From: Methanococcus maripaludis | Lineage (GTDB): Archaea; AGJL01; Methanococci; Methanococcales; Methanococcaceae | Assembly: GCF_002945325.1 (NCBI RefSeq) | Contig: NZ_CP026606.1 | Coordinates: 1,350,001 to 1,382,000 of the forward strand | Direction: 5' to 3' | DNA: 32,000 nucleotides | Part shown: positions 1-10,723 of the stretch, in pieces | Layout: every line of letters begins with the position of its first letter | How positions within the stretch are numbered: the stretch's first letter is position 1 | Translations under genes and position numbers: made by a program | Notes under the pieces: generated by a model | What the model saw: only the letters and a program-made list of their open reading frames with translations | Database searches by the model: none | Told to the model about the DNA's origin: nothing

Positions 1-825
1 GGAACCTTGATGGTTCAAGGAGACCTAAAAGAAATGAGTACTAAATATTTAAGAGGAGCAACGATTCCAAAATACGGAAGTACGCTTTACATGGGGATCG
101 GAATTCCAATTCCAGTATTAAACGCAGAAATTGCAAAAACCTGTGCAATAAAAGATGAAGATATTGCAATACCCATATTGGATTACGGAATTCCAAGAAG
201 GGATAAGCCCGAGTTAGGCGTTACAAACTATAAAGATGCAAGATCTGGAAAAGTAACGATTGAAGTCGAAATCGAAGGCAAAAAAGTAGATAAATGCATG
301 AGATCTGCATCAGTTTCAAGTTATAAAGTTTCAAGGGAAATTTCAAAAGAACTTAAAAACTGGATTTCAAATAGCGAATTTATGTTAACCGAAAGACTTG
401 AACCTTTAAAAAGTGCAGCTCCAAAACCAATGAAAGCAAAAATGAAACTTGTAAAAGATATATTGAGCAGACCTGTAGTTGTAGGAAGCTTAAATACTTC
501 AATTACAGAAGCTTCAAGAGTTTTGATTGAAAATAATATAAATCATTTGCCAATTGTGGATGAAAACGGCAAACTTTCAGGAATAATTACGTCATGGGAT
601 ATTGCAAAGGCAATGGCGCAGGATAAACATTCAATTTCTGAAATCATGACTACATATATAGTATCTGCAACACCAGATGAAACTATAGATATGGCAGCAA
701 GAAAAATGAGCAGAAACAATATTTCAGGACTTCCTGTTGTCGATTCAAACAACAAGGTTCTTGGAGTGGTTTCAGCTGAAGATATCTCAAAACTTATCGG
801 GAGAAATGGACTTCATAAAATTTAA
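1..825 (+). CDS. Putative L-aspartate semialdehyde sulfurtransferase / homocysteine biosynthesis protein (DUF39 C-terminal part plus two CBS domains), 5'-truncated by the window edge
   Basis: ORF protein shows DUF39-like ATIPKYGSTLYMGIGIPIPVLN...GVTNYKDARSGKV followed by two CBS-like units (ILSRPVVVGSLNTSITEASRVLIENNINHLPIVDENGKLSGIIT; MTTYIVSATPDETIDMAARKMSRNNISGLPVVDSNNKVLGVV). The reported Met is internal to the family fold. Adjacent to its usual NIL/ferredoxin partner. Confidence 0.85.
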   Translation, partial: GTLMVQGDLKEMSTKYLRGATIPKYGSTLYMGIGIPIPVLNAEIAKTCAIKDEDIAIPILDYGIPRRDKPELGVTNYKDARSGKVTIEVEIEGKKVDKCMRSASVSSYKVSREISKELKNWISNSEFMLTERLEPLKSAAPKPMKAKMKLVKDILSRPVVVGSLNTSITEASRVLIENNINHLPIVDENGKLSGIITSWDIAKAMAQDKHSISEIMTTYIVSATPDETIDMAARKMSRNNISGLPVVDSNNKVLGVVSAEDISKLIGRNGLHKI

Positions 826-838
826 TCTGGTGATTTAA

Positions 839-1237
839 GTGAAAAAGAGAGTATTTTACTGGATATCTGGAAGCAACGTAAGAGAACCGGTAGTTTCAAA
901 CGTGGTTTTAGAAACCGGTGTAATGGTAAATATTTTAAAGGCAAAAATGGAACCAAGGGAAGGATTTTTAATTCTCGAATTAACTGGCGATGAAGGGCAG
1001 ATTGAAAAATCTATCGAAATACTGAAAAAATTCGGGGAAGTGGAAGATATTCCAAAAATCATCCAAAAAGATGATGAAAAATGCATTGATTGTGGTGCAT
1101 GTGTCGTTCACTGCCCTGTTGGTGCGCTTTCAGTTGACGAAGAATTTAAAATACTGCTCGACGAAGATGAATGCATTGGATGTAAAAACTGTGCAAAAAT
1201 ATGCCCTGTAAATGCAATTAAAATATTTGAAATCTAA
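839..1237 (+). CDS. NIL domain plus 2x[4Fe-4S] ferredoxin protein, probable partner subunit of the DUF39/CBS sulfurtransferase
   Basis: N-terminal NIL-like region (VSNVVLETGVMVNILKAKMEPREGFLILELTG) and two cluster motifs CIDCGACVVHCPVGAL and CIGCKNCAKICPVNAI; follows the DUF39 gene directly. Confidence 0.85.
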   Translation: MKKRVFYWISGSNVREPVVSNVVLETGVMVNILKAKMEPREGFLILELTGDEGQIEKSIEILKKFGEVEDIPKIIQKDDEKCIDCGACVVHCPVGALSVDEEFKILLDEDECIGCKNCAKICPVNAIKIFEI

Positions 1238-1281
1238 TATTTCAATTAAATTTAATTTTTTACTGTTTTTTAGGTGATTTA

Positions 1282-1536
1282 ATGGATTTAACAATAAAAT
1301 TCTTTGCAAAATGCAGGGAAGATTTTGGCGAAGGTTTAAAAATATCAATAGATCTAAATGAAGTATCTGTTTTAGAATTGATTGAAATTTTAGAAAAAGA
1401 CTACAATTTACAATTAAAAGAAGATTTTGAAAATGGGCGAATAATTGTTTCAAAAGACTTTGAAATTGTTTCTTCAAACGATATAATAAATAAAAACAGT
1501 GAAATTGGAATATACCCTCCAGTTTCAGGCGGATAA
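1282..1536 (+). CDS. MoaD/ThiS/SAMP-like ubiquitin-fold sulfur carrier protein
   Basis: 84 aa, beta-grasp-like sequence ending in the diagnostic diglycine ...EIGIYPPVSGG; directly upstream of an NcsA-like thiolase. Confidence 0.85.
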   Translation: MDLTIKFFAKCREDFGEGLKISIDLNEVSVLELIEILEKDYNLQLKEDFENGRIIVSKDFEIVSSNDIINKNSEIGIYPPVSGG

Positions 1537-1551
1537 ATTTACGTGATTACT

Positions 1552-2487
1552 ATGAAATGCAGAAAATGTGGTAAACCTCCAGTATATCATCAAAAACACT
1601 CTGGAAATAATTATTGTAAAGAGTGTTTCATAAAAGAAACTAAAAGAAAAGTTAGAAAGACTCTTGGAAGGGATGTTCTTAAAAATAACATAAAAGTTGC
1701 AATGGGCCTCAGTGGTGGAAAAGACAGCCTTGTAATGGCTTATCTTTTAAATGAATATTATAAACAGATTCCAAATTCTAATTTAATTGCAATAATGGTT
1801 AATGAGGGAATAGAAGGCTATAGAACTGATGGAATTGATGCAGCAGTAAAATTTTGCGAAGAATATGGCATTGAATACAAAATTGTTCACTTTAAAGATT
1901 ACCTTGGAACCAATCTTGATGAAATTGTAAAAATCGCAAAAGAAAAAAATCTTACAATGAATCCGTGTTCTTTTTGCGGAGTAATTAGGAGAAAAATCTT
2001 AAATCGTGTATCAATAGAAGAAAAATGCGATTTTCTTGCAATTGGACATAATTTAGATGATGTTGCGCAAGCTGTGATGATGAACTACATCGAAGGAGAT
2101 GTAAAAAAACTAGCATTCTTAGGAAAAAGTCTGAAACATCCTAAATTTGTTAAAAGAATAAAACCTTTAGAAAAAATTCCAGAAGATGAAGTACTTTTAC
2201 TTGCAAACATGCTCGAATTAAAGTATCACAAATCCCCCTGTCCGTATTCATGCCTTTCATTTAGATCAGAGGTCTCGGATATTACAGATAACTTAGAAAA
2301 AAACCATCCTGGTTCAAAATATTCAATTGTAAGAGGATACGAAAGACTTCTCGAACATATTGAACTTCCTGGATACACAGGGGAATGTAAAATCTGTGGA
2401 GATTTATCTGCAACCGAAGTTTGTAAGGTATGCGGTTACTTGAAAAATCTTGGAATTTTGGAAAAATCTAAATTTGAAAAGATTTAA
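1552..2487 (+). CDS. ncsA: NcsA/Ncs6/Ctu1-like tRNA 2-thiolation protein (TIGR00269-type PP-loop ATPase)
   Basis: N-terminal zinc motif CRKCGK...YCKEC, PP-loop MGLSGGKDSLV, cluster cysteines PCSFCG and CPYSC, C-terminal CKICGDLSATEVCKVCG. The ATG at 1552 is preferred over the GTG at 1543 because that GTG lies in a GTGAT ribosome-binding-like sequence. Confidence 0.88.
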   Translation: MKCRKCGKPPVYHQKHSGNNYCKECFIKETKRKVRKTLGRDVLKNNIKVAMGLSGGKDSLVMAYLLNEYYKQIPNSNLIAIMVNEGIEGYRTDGIDAAVKFCEEYGIEYKIVHFKDYLGTNLDEIVKIAKEKNLTMNPCSFCGVIRRKILNRVSIEEKCDFLAIGHNLDDVAQAVMMNYIEGDVKKLAFLGKSLKHPKFVKRIKPLEKIPEDEVLLLANMLELKYHKSPCPYSCLSFRSEVSDITDNLEKNHPGSKYSIVRGYERLLEHIELPGYTGECKICGDLSATEVCKVCGYLKNLGILEKSKFEKI

Positions 2488-2504
2488 TCAATTAAAATAA
2501 AAAT

Positions 2505-3185
2505 TCATTCTTCACAAATCTTTTTTAATTCTTCAAAGTCATCACTCATCAAAGTATTGATGTTTGATTTAATTTTTTCAATTGGCCAGTTCCACCATTT
2601 TATTTTCAAAAGAAGTTCGATTTTTTCATCGGAAAATCTTTTTTTAATTATTTTTGCAGGATTTCCGCCAACTATCGTATATGGTTCTACATTTTTTGTA
2701 ACAATACTTCCCGTTGCAATTACTGCTCCACTGCCAATTTTAACACCGGGCATAATTGTTACATTTGCACCAATCCATACATCGTTTTCAATTTCAGTAT
2801 CTCCTTTTTTCAAATACCCTTTTCCATTTTCGCATTTTAAATCTTCAGGAGTTTCAGAAATTAATGTTAAAGGATATGTCGAAATCCAGTCGTATCTGTG
2901 CCCCTGATTTCCGCCCATTATAAATTTAACGCCTGAAGCAATGCTGCAGAATTTGCCAATAATTAATTTATCCATGTCTTTGCAATTGTCGATTTCATCA
3001 AGATACATTATACAGTCTTTAAAGTTTTTTCCTTCGTAGTAGCCCGAATAATACGTATATTCCCCGATTTCGACGTTTTCACTTTTTATTTTTTCCCGAG
3101 TTATTCCGTTTCCCTTTACAGGGTATTTCGGGTTTTCATTCATTATTTTAATATCTCTATACGATTCAAATGGATTAGAATTCAA
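2505..3185 (-). CDS. Hexapeptide-repeat acyltransferase (CatB/Vat xenobiotic acetyltransferase-like)
   Basis: Left-handed beta-helix hexapeptides (IENDVWIGANVTIMPGVKIGSGAVIATGSIVTKNVEPYTIVGGNPAKIIKKRF) and GNQGHRYDWISTYP motif. Confidence 0.85.
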   Translation of the reverse strand: MNSNPFESYRDIKIMNENPKYPVKGNGITREKIKSENVEIGEYTYYSGYYEGKNFKDCIMYLDEIDNCKDMDKLIIGKFCSIASGVKFIMGGNQGHRYDWISTYPLTLISETPEDLKCENGKGYLKKGDTEIENDVWIGANVTIMPGVKIGSGAVIATGSIVTKNVEPYTIVGGNPAKIIKKRFSDEKIELLLKIKWWNWPIEKIKSNINTLMSDDFEELKKICEE

Positions 3186-3200
3186 AATATACCTCCTAAT

Positions 3201-4352
3201 TTAGCAATTTTTACAAGTTTTACAATTTCTTAAGTTTAAAAGCTGTTCTTCAATTTTTTCCATTTCTTCGGGCGTTGCATTTGTTATTGGGTGTTTTGGA
3301 ACTGCAAAACAGCTTACTTCTTTACTTGTGGAAATATCAAAAGTTCCAATTTTTCTTGCGATATCCATAATTTCAACTTTGTCAAGTCCGATTAAAGGTC
3401 TTAAAATCGGGTAGTCAATTCCTTCACTAATTACTCGCAAATTTTTAAGAGTTTGGGATGCAACCTGCCCCATATTATCTCCATTTACAATAGCATCACA
3501 TTTATGCCATTTAGCATGTTTTTCAGCCAGTTTAAGCATGTATTTTTTACAGTAAAGACACGTGTATTTATCCCTATTAATTTCTGTGAGTTCGGCTTTA
3601 ATTTTTGCAAGTTCTTCATTAAAGTCTACGTATACAAATTTAGCTTCAGGGTCAAAGTCACTTAAAACATCAACAAGTTTTTGAGTTTTTTCAAGTCCTT
3701 CATCCGAAGTTTTCATGTGTAATAATAAAAGTTTACATCCCCTTTTTGCCATCATGTACGCAGAAACAGGGCTATCGATTCCATCGGATAATAAAACAAT
3801 AACTTGCCCTTGAGTTCCAACGGGGATTCCACCGATTCCTTCGATTCGTTCTGCAAATACGTAAGCGTATTCGTTGAATACTTCGATATCAAGTGAAATT
3901 GTAGGGTTTTTTAAATCTACTTTTATTCCGTATTTTTCAGAAATTGGGCCCCCCACTTCCATATTTACTTCAAGTGACGTTAACGGGAATTTTTTCTGAG
4001 GTCTTTGGGTTTTTACTCTAAATGTAATATTTTCTTTATTTTCGTAACGCTCAATTTCTTTTTCAAAAAGTTCTGATGAAATTTTCTTAATCTGTTCGAT
4101 ATCTGGATCTATGTAGTAGCAAGGGCTAAATGATACAATTCCAGGTACTTTTTTTAATAGTTCCTTCATCTTTTCGAAATTTTCTTCAGGAACATCTACA
4201 ATCAATCGCGTATGGATTATTTCAACTTCTGCGGAAATCCCATATTTTTTTGCAAGTTTGGAAATGTTTTTTGCAAGTAATTTTTCAAACCTGTGCATGG
4301 TCTGTCTTGATTTTGTTCCAATTTCTCCGTATCTCACAATAAATTTTTTCAA
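3201..4352 (-). CDS. thiI: tRNA 4-thiouridine sulfurtransferase ThiI, rhodanese-less archaeal form
   Basis: THUMP-like N terminus, modified PP-loop VLLSDGIDSPVSAYM, CLYCKKYM, terminates without a rhodanese domain (ends LRNCKTCKNC). Confidence 0.92.
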   Translation of the reverse strand: MKKFIVRYGEIGTKSRQTMHRFEKLLAKNISKLAKKYGISAEVEIIHTRLIVDVPEENFEKMKELLKKVPGIVSFSPCYYIDPDIEQIKKISSELFEKEIERYENKENITFRVKTQRPQKKFPLTSLEVNMEVGGPISEKYGIKVDLKNPTISLDIEVFNEYAYVFAERIEGIGGIPVGTQGQVIVLLSDGIDSPVSAYMMAKRGCKLLLLHMKTSDEGLEKTQKLVDVLSDFDPEAKFVYVDFNEELAKIKAELTEINRDKYTCLYCKKYMLKLAEKHAKWHKCDAIVNGDNMGQVASQTLKNLRVISEGIDYPILRPLIGLDKVEIMDIARKIGTFDISTSKEVSCFAVPKHPITNATPEEMEKIEEQLLNLRNCKTCKNC

Positions 4353-4490
4353 TATCTCAACCTAAAACCGTTTTTAAACCAATAATAAATGAATTTAAAT
4401 AAAATAGCTACATCCTAAATAAATACTTTCAAACAGTTATTCTCTATATAACATGTTATATTTATGTGATGATTATTATCGGGTGAATTT

Positions 4491-5465
4491 ATGATCGACT
4501 TAAAAGAGTTAAAAAAATATTGCAATCCTTCCTATTTAACGATAAGAAACGATAAAATTATTGTGGGAAACAAAGGTTTGGCGAGACTTTCAAAGGAAAA
4601 AATGAGAAAAATTGAAAACGATTTTGGAATTCCTGTTGTTTATTCTCGGGTTTTTGAAGAAATTTCTGAAAGAATGGGAAGATTCGTTTCAAAAAATAAT
4701 ATAATTTCTCCAAAAGACAAAATACTGGTCGGATTAAGTGGTGGAAAGGACAGCCTTGCACTTCTGCACCTTTTAGAGCCTTACCGCCGAAAATACGGGG
4801 TTCAAATTTATGCTGTAACAGTTGATTTAAACATAAACGGAATAAGGCCATGGACAGAAAGCAACAAAAACGTGGAAAAAATTGCAGAGCACTGTAAAAA
4901 TCTAAATATTCCCCACAAAATAATTGCGCATGATGGAAATGTTGTTGAAATGTCAAAAATACTTTCAGAAAACACGAAGGGAATTGAATATTCACCGTGT
5001 TTTTCGTGTTCAATGGTTAGAAGACATGTTTTAACGAATTATGCAAAAAATAACTTTGAAAGCGATTCAAACGTAAAAATTGCAATAGGTCACACGTTAG
5101 AGGACAATTCTGACACGATAATGGCAAATATATTTAAAGGAAATATAATAAAAGCACTAGAGCCGATTAAAAACTTCAATGAGACAGATGTAGACTTTAA
5201 AGATTTTAAATTAAATCTTAAAAGCTGCTGTATGATTAGACCGATGCTTAATGTCTCAGAAGAAAAAATCGTAAAGGCATTAGTTGAATGCGATATTGAA
5301 TACTATCATGATAAGGATGAATGTCCTTACAGCAGACATAATGGGAACGGAATAAGGAAAAAGTCCCATGAAGTTTTGGAGTCAATCGAAGAAGATGTTC
5401 CAAACATTCGGGAAATGGTTATTTCTTCAATATTAAATAGTATTGAACACTATAAACAAAAATGA
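4491..5465 (+). CDS. TtcA/TtuA-family PP-loop ATPase, probable tRNA/RNA thiolase of unassigned specificity
   Basis: PP-loop VGLSGGKDSLALL, PCFSCSMVRR and CPYSRHNG cysteine motifs, AIGHTLEDNSDTIMANI; lacks the terminal zinc-finger pairs of the NcsA-like paralog. GGTGA ribosome-binding site upstream. Confidence 0.8.
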   Translation: MIDLKELKKYCNPSYLTIRNDKIIVGNKGLARLSKEKMRKIENDFGIPVVYSRVFEEISERMGRFVSKNNIISPKDKILVGLSGGKDSLALLHLLEPYRRKYGVQIYAVTVDLNINGIRPWTESNKNVEKIAEHCKNLNIPHKIIAHDGNVVEMSKILSENTKGIEYSPCFSCSMVRRHVLTNYAKNNFESDSNVKIAIGHTLEDNSDTIMANIFKGNIIKALEPIKNFNETDVDFKDFKLNLKSCCMIRPMLNVSEEKIVKALVECDIEYYHDKDECPYSRHNGNGIRKKSHEVLESIEEDVPNIREMVISSILNSIEHYKQK

Positions 5466-5528
5466 TAAATTGATATATGATTTTGAAATTCCTAAAACAA
5501 AATCTAAAAACTAAAAAACTAGCAATAA

Positions 5529-6344
<816 letters not shown>

Positions 6345-6507
6345 AAATCTTTTAATTAACTTTTTTTAAATATTTAAATCTGGAATTTTCTTGAATTTTT
6401 TATTATTTTTTTAGTTTTTTTATTAGTTTAGCGTTAAATTTTAATAATTTATTTAAATATATTATATCAAATCTGATTTCGGACTGAAACCGACTGGTGA
6501 ACACATA

Positions 6508-6993
6508 ATGATTATAAATATACGAAAATTCCGCGAAAAGGACCTAAAACGGGTAATGGAAATAGAAAAGGAATCTTTTGATAAAAATTATCCGGAATTT
6601 TTGATGATGCACATATATTCCTCTTTTCCTGATGGTTTTTTAGTTGCAGAGGATGAAAACGAAAAAGTGGTCGGCTACATCATTGCACTCATGGAATGGG
6701 GAAACGGCCATATCGTATCGATTGCGGTAGATTTAGCTTACCAAAATTATGGAATTGGAAATGCACTAATTAAATCTGTTGAAAACTTTTTATTTAACGA
6801 GTGCCACGCAAAACACTGCGTTTTAGAAGTTCGTTTTGACAACAAAAAAGCGAGAGAATTTTATTATAAAAGAGATTACGTTGATAGAAAAGTCCTCTAT
6901 AATTATTATGACGATGGTGCAGATGCAATACTCATGATAAAAAGGAGATTTGATTTATCTGGAAGTTATCCTATTTTTGTGAACATGTGGTAG
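6508..6993 (+). CDS. rimI: GNAT N-acetyltransferase, RimI/ArdA-type ribosomal protein/N-terminal acetyltransferase
   Basis: GNAT fold: VVGYIIALMEWGNGHIVSIAVDLAYQNYGIGNALIKS...VLEVRFDNKKAREFYYKRDYVDRKV. Confidence 0.82.
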   Translation: MIINIRKFREKDLKRVMEIEKESFDKNYPEFLMMHIYSSFPDGFLVAEDENEKVVGYIIALMEWGNGHIVSIAVDLAYQNYGIGNALIKSVENFLFNECHAKHCVLEVRFDNKKAREFYYKRDYVDRKVLYNYYDDGADAILMIKRRFDLSGSYPIFVNMW

Positions 6994-6999
6994 ATAATC

Positions 7000-8313
7000 A
7001 TGAAAATTACAATTTATTCAAAGGATATATACACCTACGGCGCCATGTTGATCGGCGGAATTTTAAAAGAAACGCATAAACATAGTATAAAACTTACAAA
7101 GGATATAACTAATAAGAAACTTTTTTTAAAATCTGATATAGTTATTTTTAGCCTTTATTCTACGCTAAATATTATCGATCCAATGATTAAAGAGACAATT
7201 GACTATTTAAAATCTAAAAACATAAAAATTTATGTTGCTGGACCCGTTTCAGCATATCCTGAGATTATCCTAAACGAATTAAATGTTGATGGGGTAATTT
7301 TAGGGGAAGGCGAACTTACAACTCCAGAAATTATTAACGGAAGCACTGAAGGATTGGCATATTTTGAAAATGGCGAAATGATAGTTAATAAACCAAAATC
7401 AAAGCCTGATTTAGATTTTTCAAAAATTTACGTTCCAAAAGATATTGCAGCTCAAAATGTACGGGGTGCAAATGTATATATTGAAACTCACAGGGGCTGT
7501 CTTGGACACTGCACGTTTTGCCAGGTTCCTGAATTTTTTGGGCGAGACATCCGGAGTAAACCAATCGAATTAATAATTGAAGAAGTGAAAGAGCTTAAAA
7601 AAAGTGGTGTTAATAGAATTGCGATAAGTGGGGGCACGGGAAGCCTCTATAACTTTAAAAACACGGTAAACAAAAATAAATTTATAGAAATGATTGAAAG
7701 TGTTTCAGATATAATTGGGAAGCAAAATCTATCCGTTCCTGACATGAGGGTTGACTACGTTGACGAAGAAGTTTTAAACGCCATTAAAAATTATTCAATT
7801 GGATGGGTATTCTACGGAATTGAAAGCGGAAGTGACAGACTTTTAAATTCAATGAAAAAAGGAACAAATTCAAAGAAAAATTTAAAAGCAATCAAACTTG
7901 CAAAAGACTGTGGGGTAAAAGTTGCTGGAAGCTTTATTGTAGGACACCCTCAAGAAAAAGAAGTCGACTTTTTACTGACAAAAGATTTTATTGTCGATGC
8001 AGAACTTGAAGATGTGTTTGTAAGTGCTGCTGAACCGATTCCAAAAACGGAACTTTGTAACGAAGTATTAAATACAAAAATGGATGAAAATCCAACTTTT
8101 ATTTCACACAATGGGCCTTACCGAAGATATGGGTTAAAAGAAAATGAAGCAAGGGCATATGATTTAATGCTTCATTCAGAAATGTGGAAATCAAATCCAA
8201 GAGTTATTACAAATAATCTATCAAAAGTATATCTGGATGAAGCAAAAATGCAAGGTTCAGATATACGAAAGGCAACCGAGTTAATATTTAAGTACAGGGA
8301 TTTCTTAATTTAA
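7000..8313 (+). CDS. B12-binding domain radical SAM protein (methanogen family; possible peptide/MCR C-methyltransferase)
   Basis: N-terminal cobalamin-binding-like region, radical SAM motif RGCLGHCTFCQVP (CxxxCxxC), GGTGSLYNF, VFYGIESGSDRLLNSMKKG. Confidence 0.8.
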   Translation: MKITIYSKDIYTYGAMLIGGILKETHKHSIKLTKDITNKKLFLKSDIVIFSLYSTLNIIDPMIKETIDYLKSKNIKIYVAGPVSAYPEIILNELNVDGVILGEGELTTPEIINGSTEGLAYFENGEMIVNKPKSKPDLDFSKIYVPKDIAAQNVRGANVYIETHRGCLGHCTFCQVPEFFGRDIRSKPIELIIEEVKELKKSGVNRIAISGGTGSLYNFKNTVNKNKFIEMIESVSDIIGKQNLSVPDMRVDYVDEEVLNAIKNYSIGWVFYGIESGSDRLLNSMKKGTNSKKNLKAIKLAKDCGVKVAGSFIVGHPQEKEVDFLLTKDFIVDAELEDVFVSAAEPIPKTELCNEVLNTKMDENPTFISHNGPYRRYGLKENEARAYDLMLHSEMWKSNPRVITNNLSKVYLDEAKMQGSDIRKATELIFKYRDFLI

Positions 8314-8329
8314 ATTAAGAGGTATTATC

Positions 8330-9106
8330 ATGATGAGAACAAACGAACAGTTAGAAGAACTTGCAAACAATATTTGTAATTTTATAAAGGAACAGGTAGA
8401 AAATGCAGACGCAAAAGGCGTTGTAGTAGGACTAAGTGGAGGGATAGACAGTGCCCTTGTAGCATATCTTTCAGTAAGAGCTCTTGGAAAAGAAAATGTC
8501 TTTGGGGTAATAATGCCTGAAAAAAATTCAAATCCTGATGATGAAAAGTACGGAAAACTCGTTGCAGAATCTCTTGGAATTGAATATGAAGTATTTGATA
8601 TAACTCCTGTTTTGGTTGCATTTGGTGCAGGGGGGTACGTTGAAGGAAAAGAGTTTGACAAACGGGTGGATTCAAATTTAAAACCTAGAATCAGGATGAC
8701 TGAAGTTTACTACCACGCAAACAAGAAAAATTACCTTGTTGCAGGAACTTCCAATAAATCGGAAATCTATATGGGTTACGGAACGAAATACGGGGATCTT
8801 GGAAGCGATTTTTTAACTATCGGAAACCTTTTCAAAACCGAAGTAAGGCAACTTGCAGGCTATGTAGGAGTTCCAAAAGATATAATTGATAAAGCACCTT
8901 CGGCAGGACTTTGGGAAGGTCAAACTGACGAAGACGAACTTGGAATTTCTTATGAAACTCTCGACAAACTCCTAAATTTAATGGAAAAAGGAAAAGAAAT
9001 TGGCGATATATGCGAATTTTTAAGTATTCCTCCCGAAAAAGTGGGAGAATTAATGCTCAGAATTTCAACAAATAAGCACAAATCACTTCCATTACCAATG
9101 CCTTAA
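8330..9106 (+). CDS. nadE: NH3-dependent NAD+ synthetase
   Basis: PP-loop VVGLSGGIDSALVAYL, GTSNKSEIYMGYGTKYGD, PSAGLWEGQTDEDELGISYETLD. Confidence 0.95.
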   Translation: MMRTNEQLEELANNICNFIKEQVENADAKGVVVGLSGGIDSALVAYLSVRALGKENVFGVIMPEKNSNPDDEKYGKLVAESLGIEYEVFDITPVLVAFGAGGYVEGKEFDKRVDSNLKPRIRMTEVYYHANKKNYLVAGTSNKSEIYMGYGTKYGDLGSDFLTIGNLFKTEVRQLAGYVGVPKDIIDKAPSAGLWEGQTDEDELGISYETLDKLLNLMEKGKEIGDICEFLSIPPEKVGELMLRISTNKHKSLPLPMP

Positions 9107-9112
9107 ATTTAA

Positions 9113-10216
<1,104 letters not shown>

Positions 10217-10349
10217 TATAATTCTTTTTTTTAAATTATTTATTACTTGGATATTCGAATAAATAAATTTAAATGAATCATCCAGATATTTTGAATTTAA
10301 AACTGATTAACTCGTATAATTGGAAAAAGAATACGTTTTTTTACGAAAA

Positions 10350-10402
10350 TTATAAATACTGGAAGAATACCATTTTAAATTGTAATAAGAAAAGAAGGTG
10401 AT
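10350..10402 (+). promoter_or_regulatory. Archaeal promoter (TATA box TTATAAATA at 10350-10358 with purine-rich CGAAAA BRE-like sequence) and ribosome-binding site AGGTGAT at 10396-10402 for the histone gene
   Basis: Direct sequence match to methanogen TATA/BRE consensus; the RBS is complementary to the archaeal 16S rRNA tail and lies 3 nt before the ATG at 10406. Confidence 0.6.
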
Positions 10403-10405
10403 TCT

Positions 10406-10606
10406 ATGGCAGAACTTCCAGTTGCACCAATGGAGAGAATCCTAAAATCCGCAGGTGCTGAAAGAGTAAGTAGAGATGCAGCAGTAATGCTTGCAGAAGC
10501 ATTAGAAGAAATCGCAGTTGACGTAGCTAAAGAAGCAGTTAGTTTAGCTAAGCACGCAGGCAGAAAAACTATTAAAGCTGACGATTTGAAATTAGCAATG
10601 AAATAA
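10406..10606 (+). CDS. Archaeal histone (HMf-like)
   Basis: 66 aa: [66 protein letters not shown], canonical archaeal histone fold. Confidence 0.97.
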   Translation: MAELPVAPMERILKSAGAERVSRDAAVMLAEALEEIAVDVAKEAVSLAKHAGRKTIKADDLKLAMK

Positions 10607-10723
10607 TTACTTTAACAATTTTTTTACTTTTCTTTACTACTGCATGTTTTTGTATGTTATTGAATCGATATATAGTTGGTTATTATATTTTGTGAAAGAT
10701 TATTTTTTTAATATTATTCAAGT

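Noticed and set aside
1130-1477. 115 aa minus-strand ORF spanning the ferredoxin and MoaD/ThiS genes
   Set aside because: Overlaps two supported genes on the other strand; composition is Leu/Phe/Asn-rich without domain signal.
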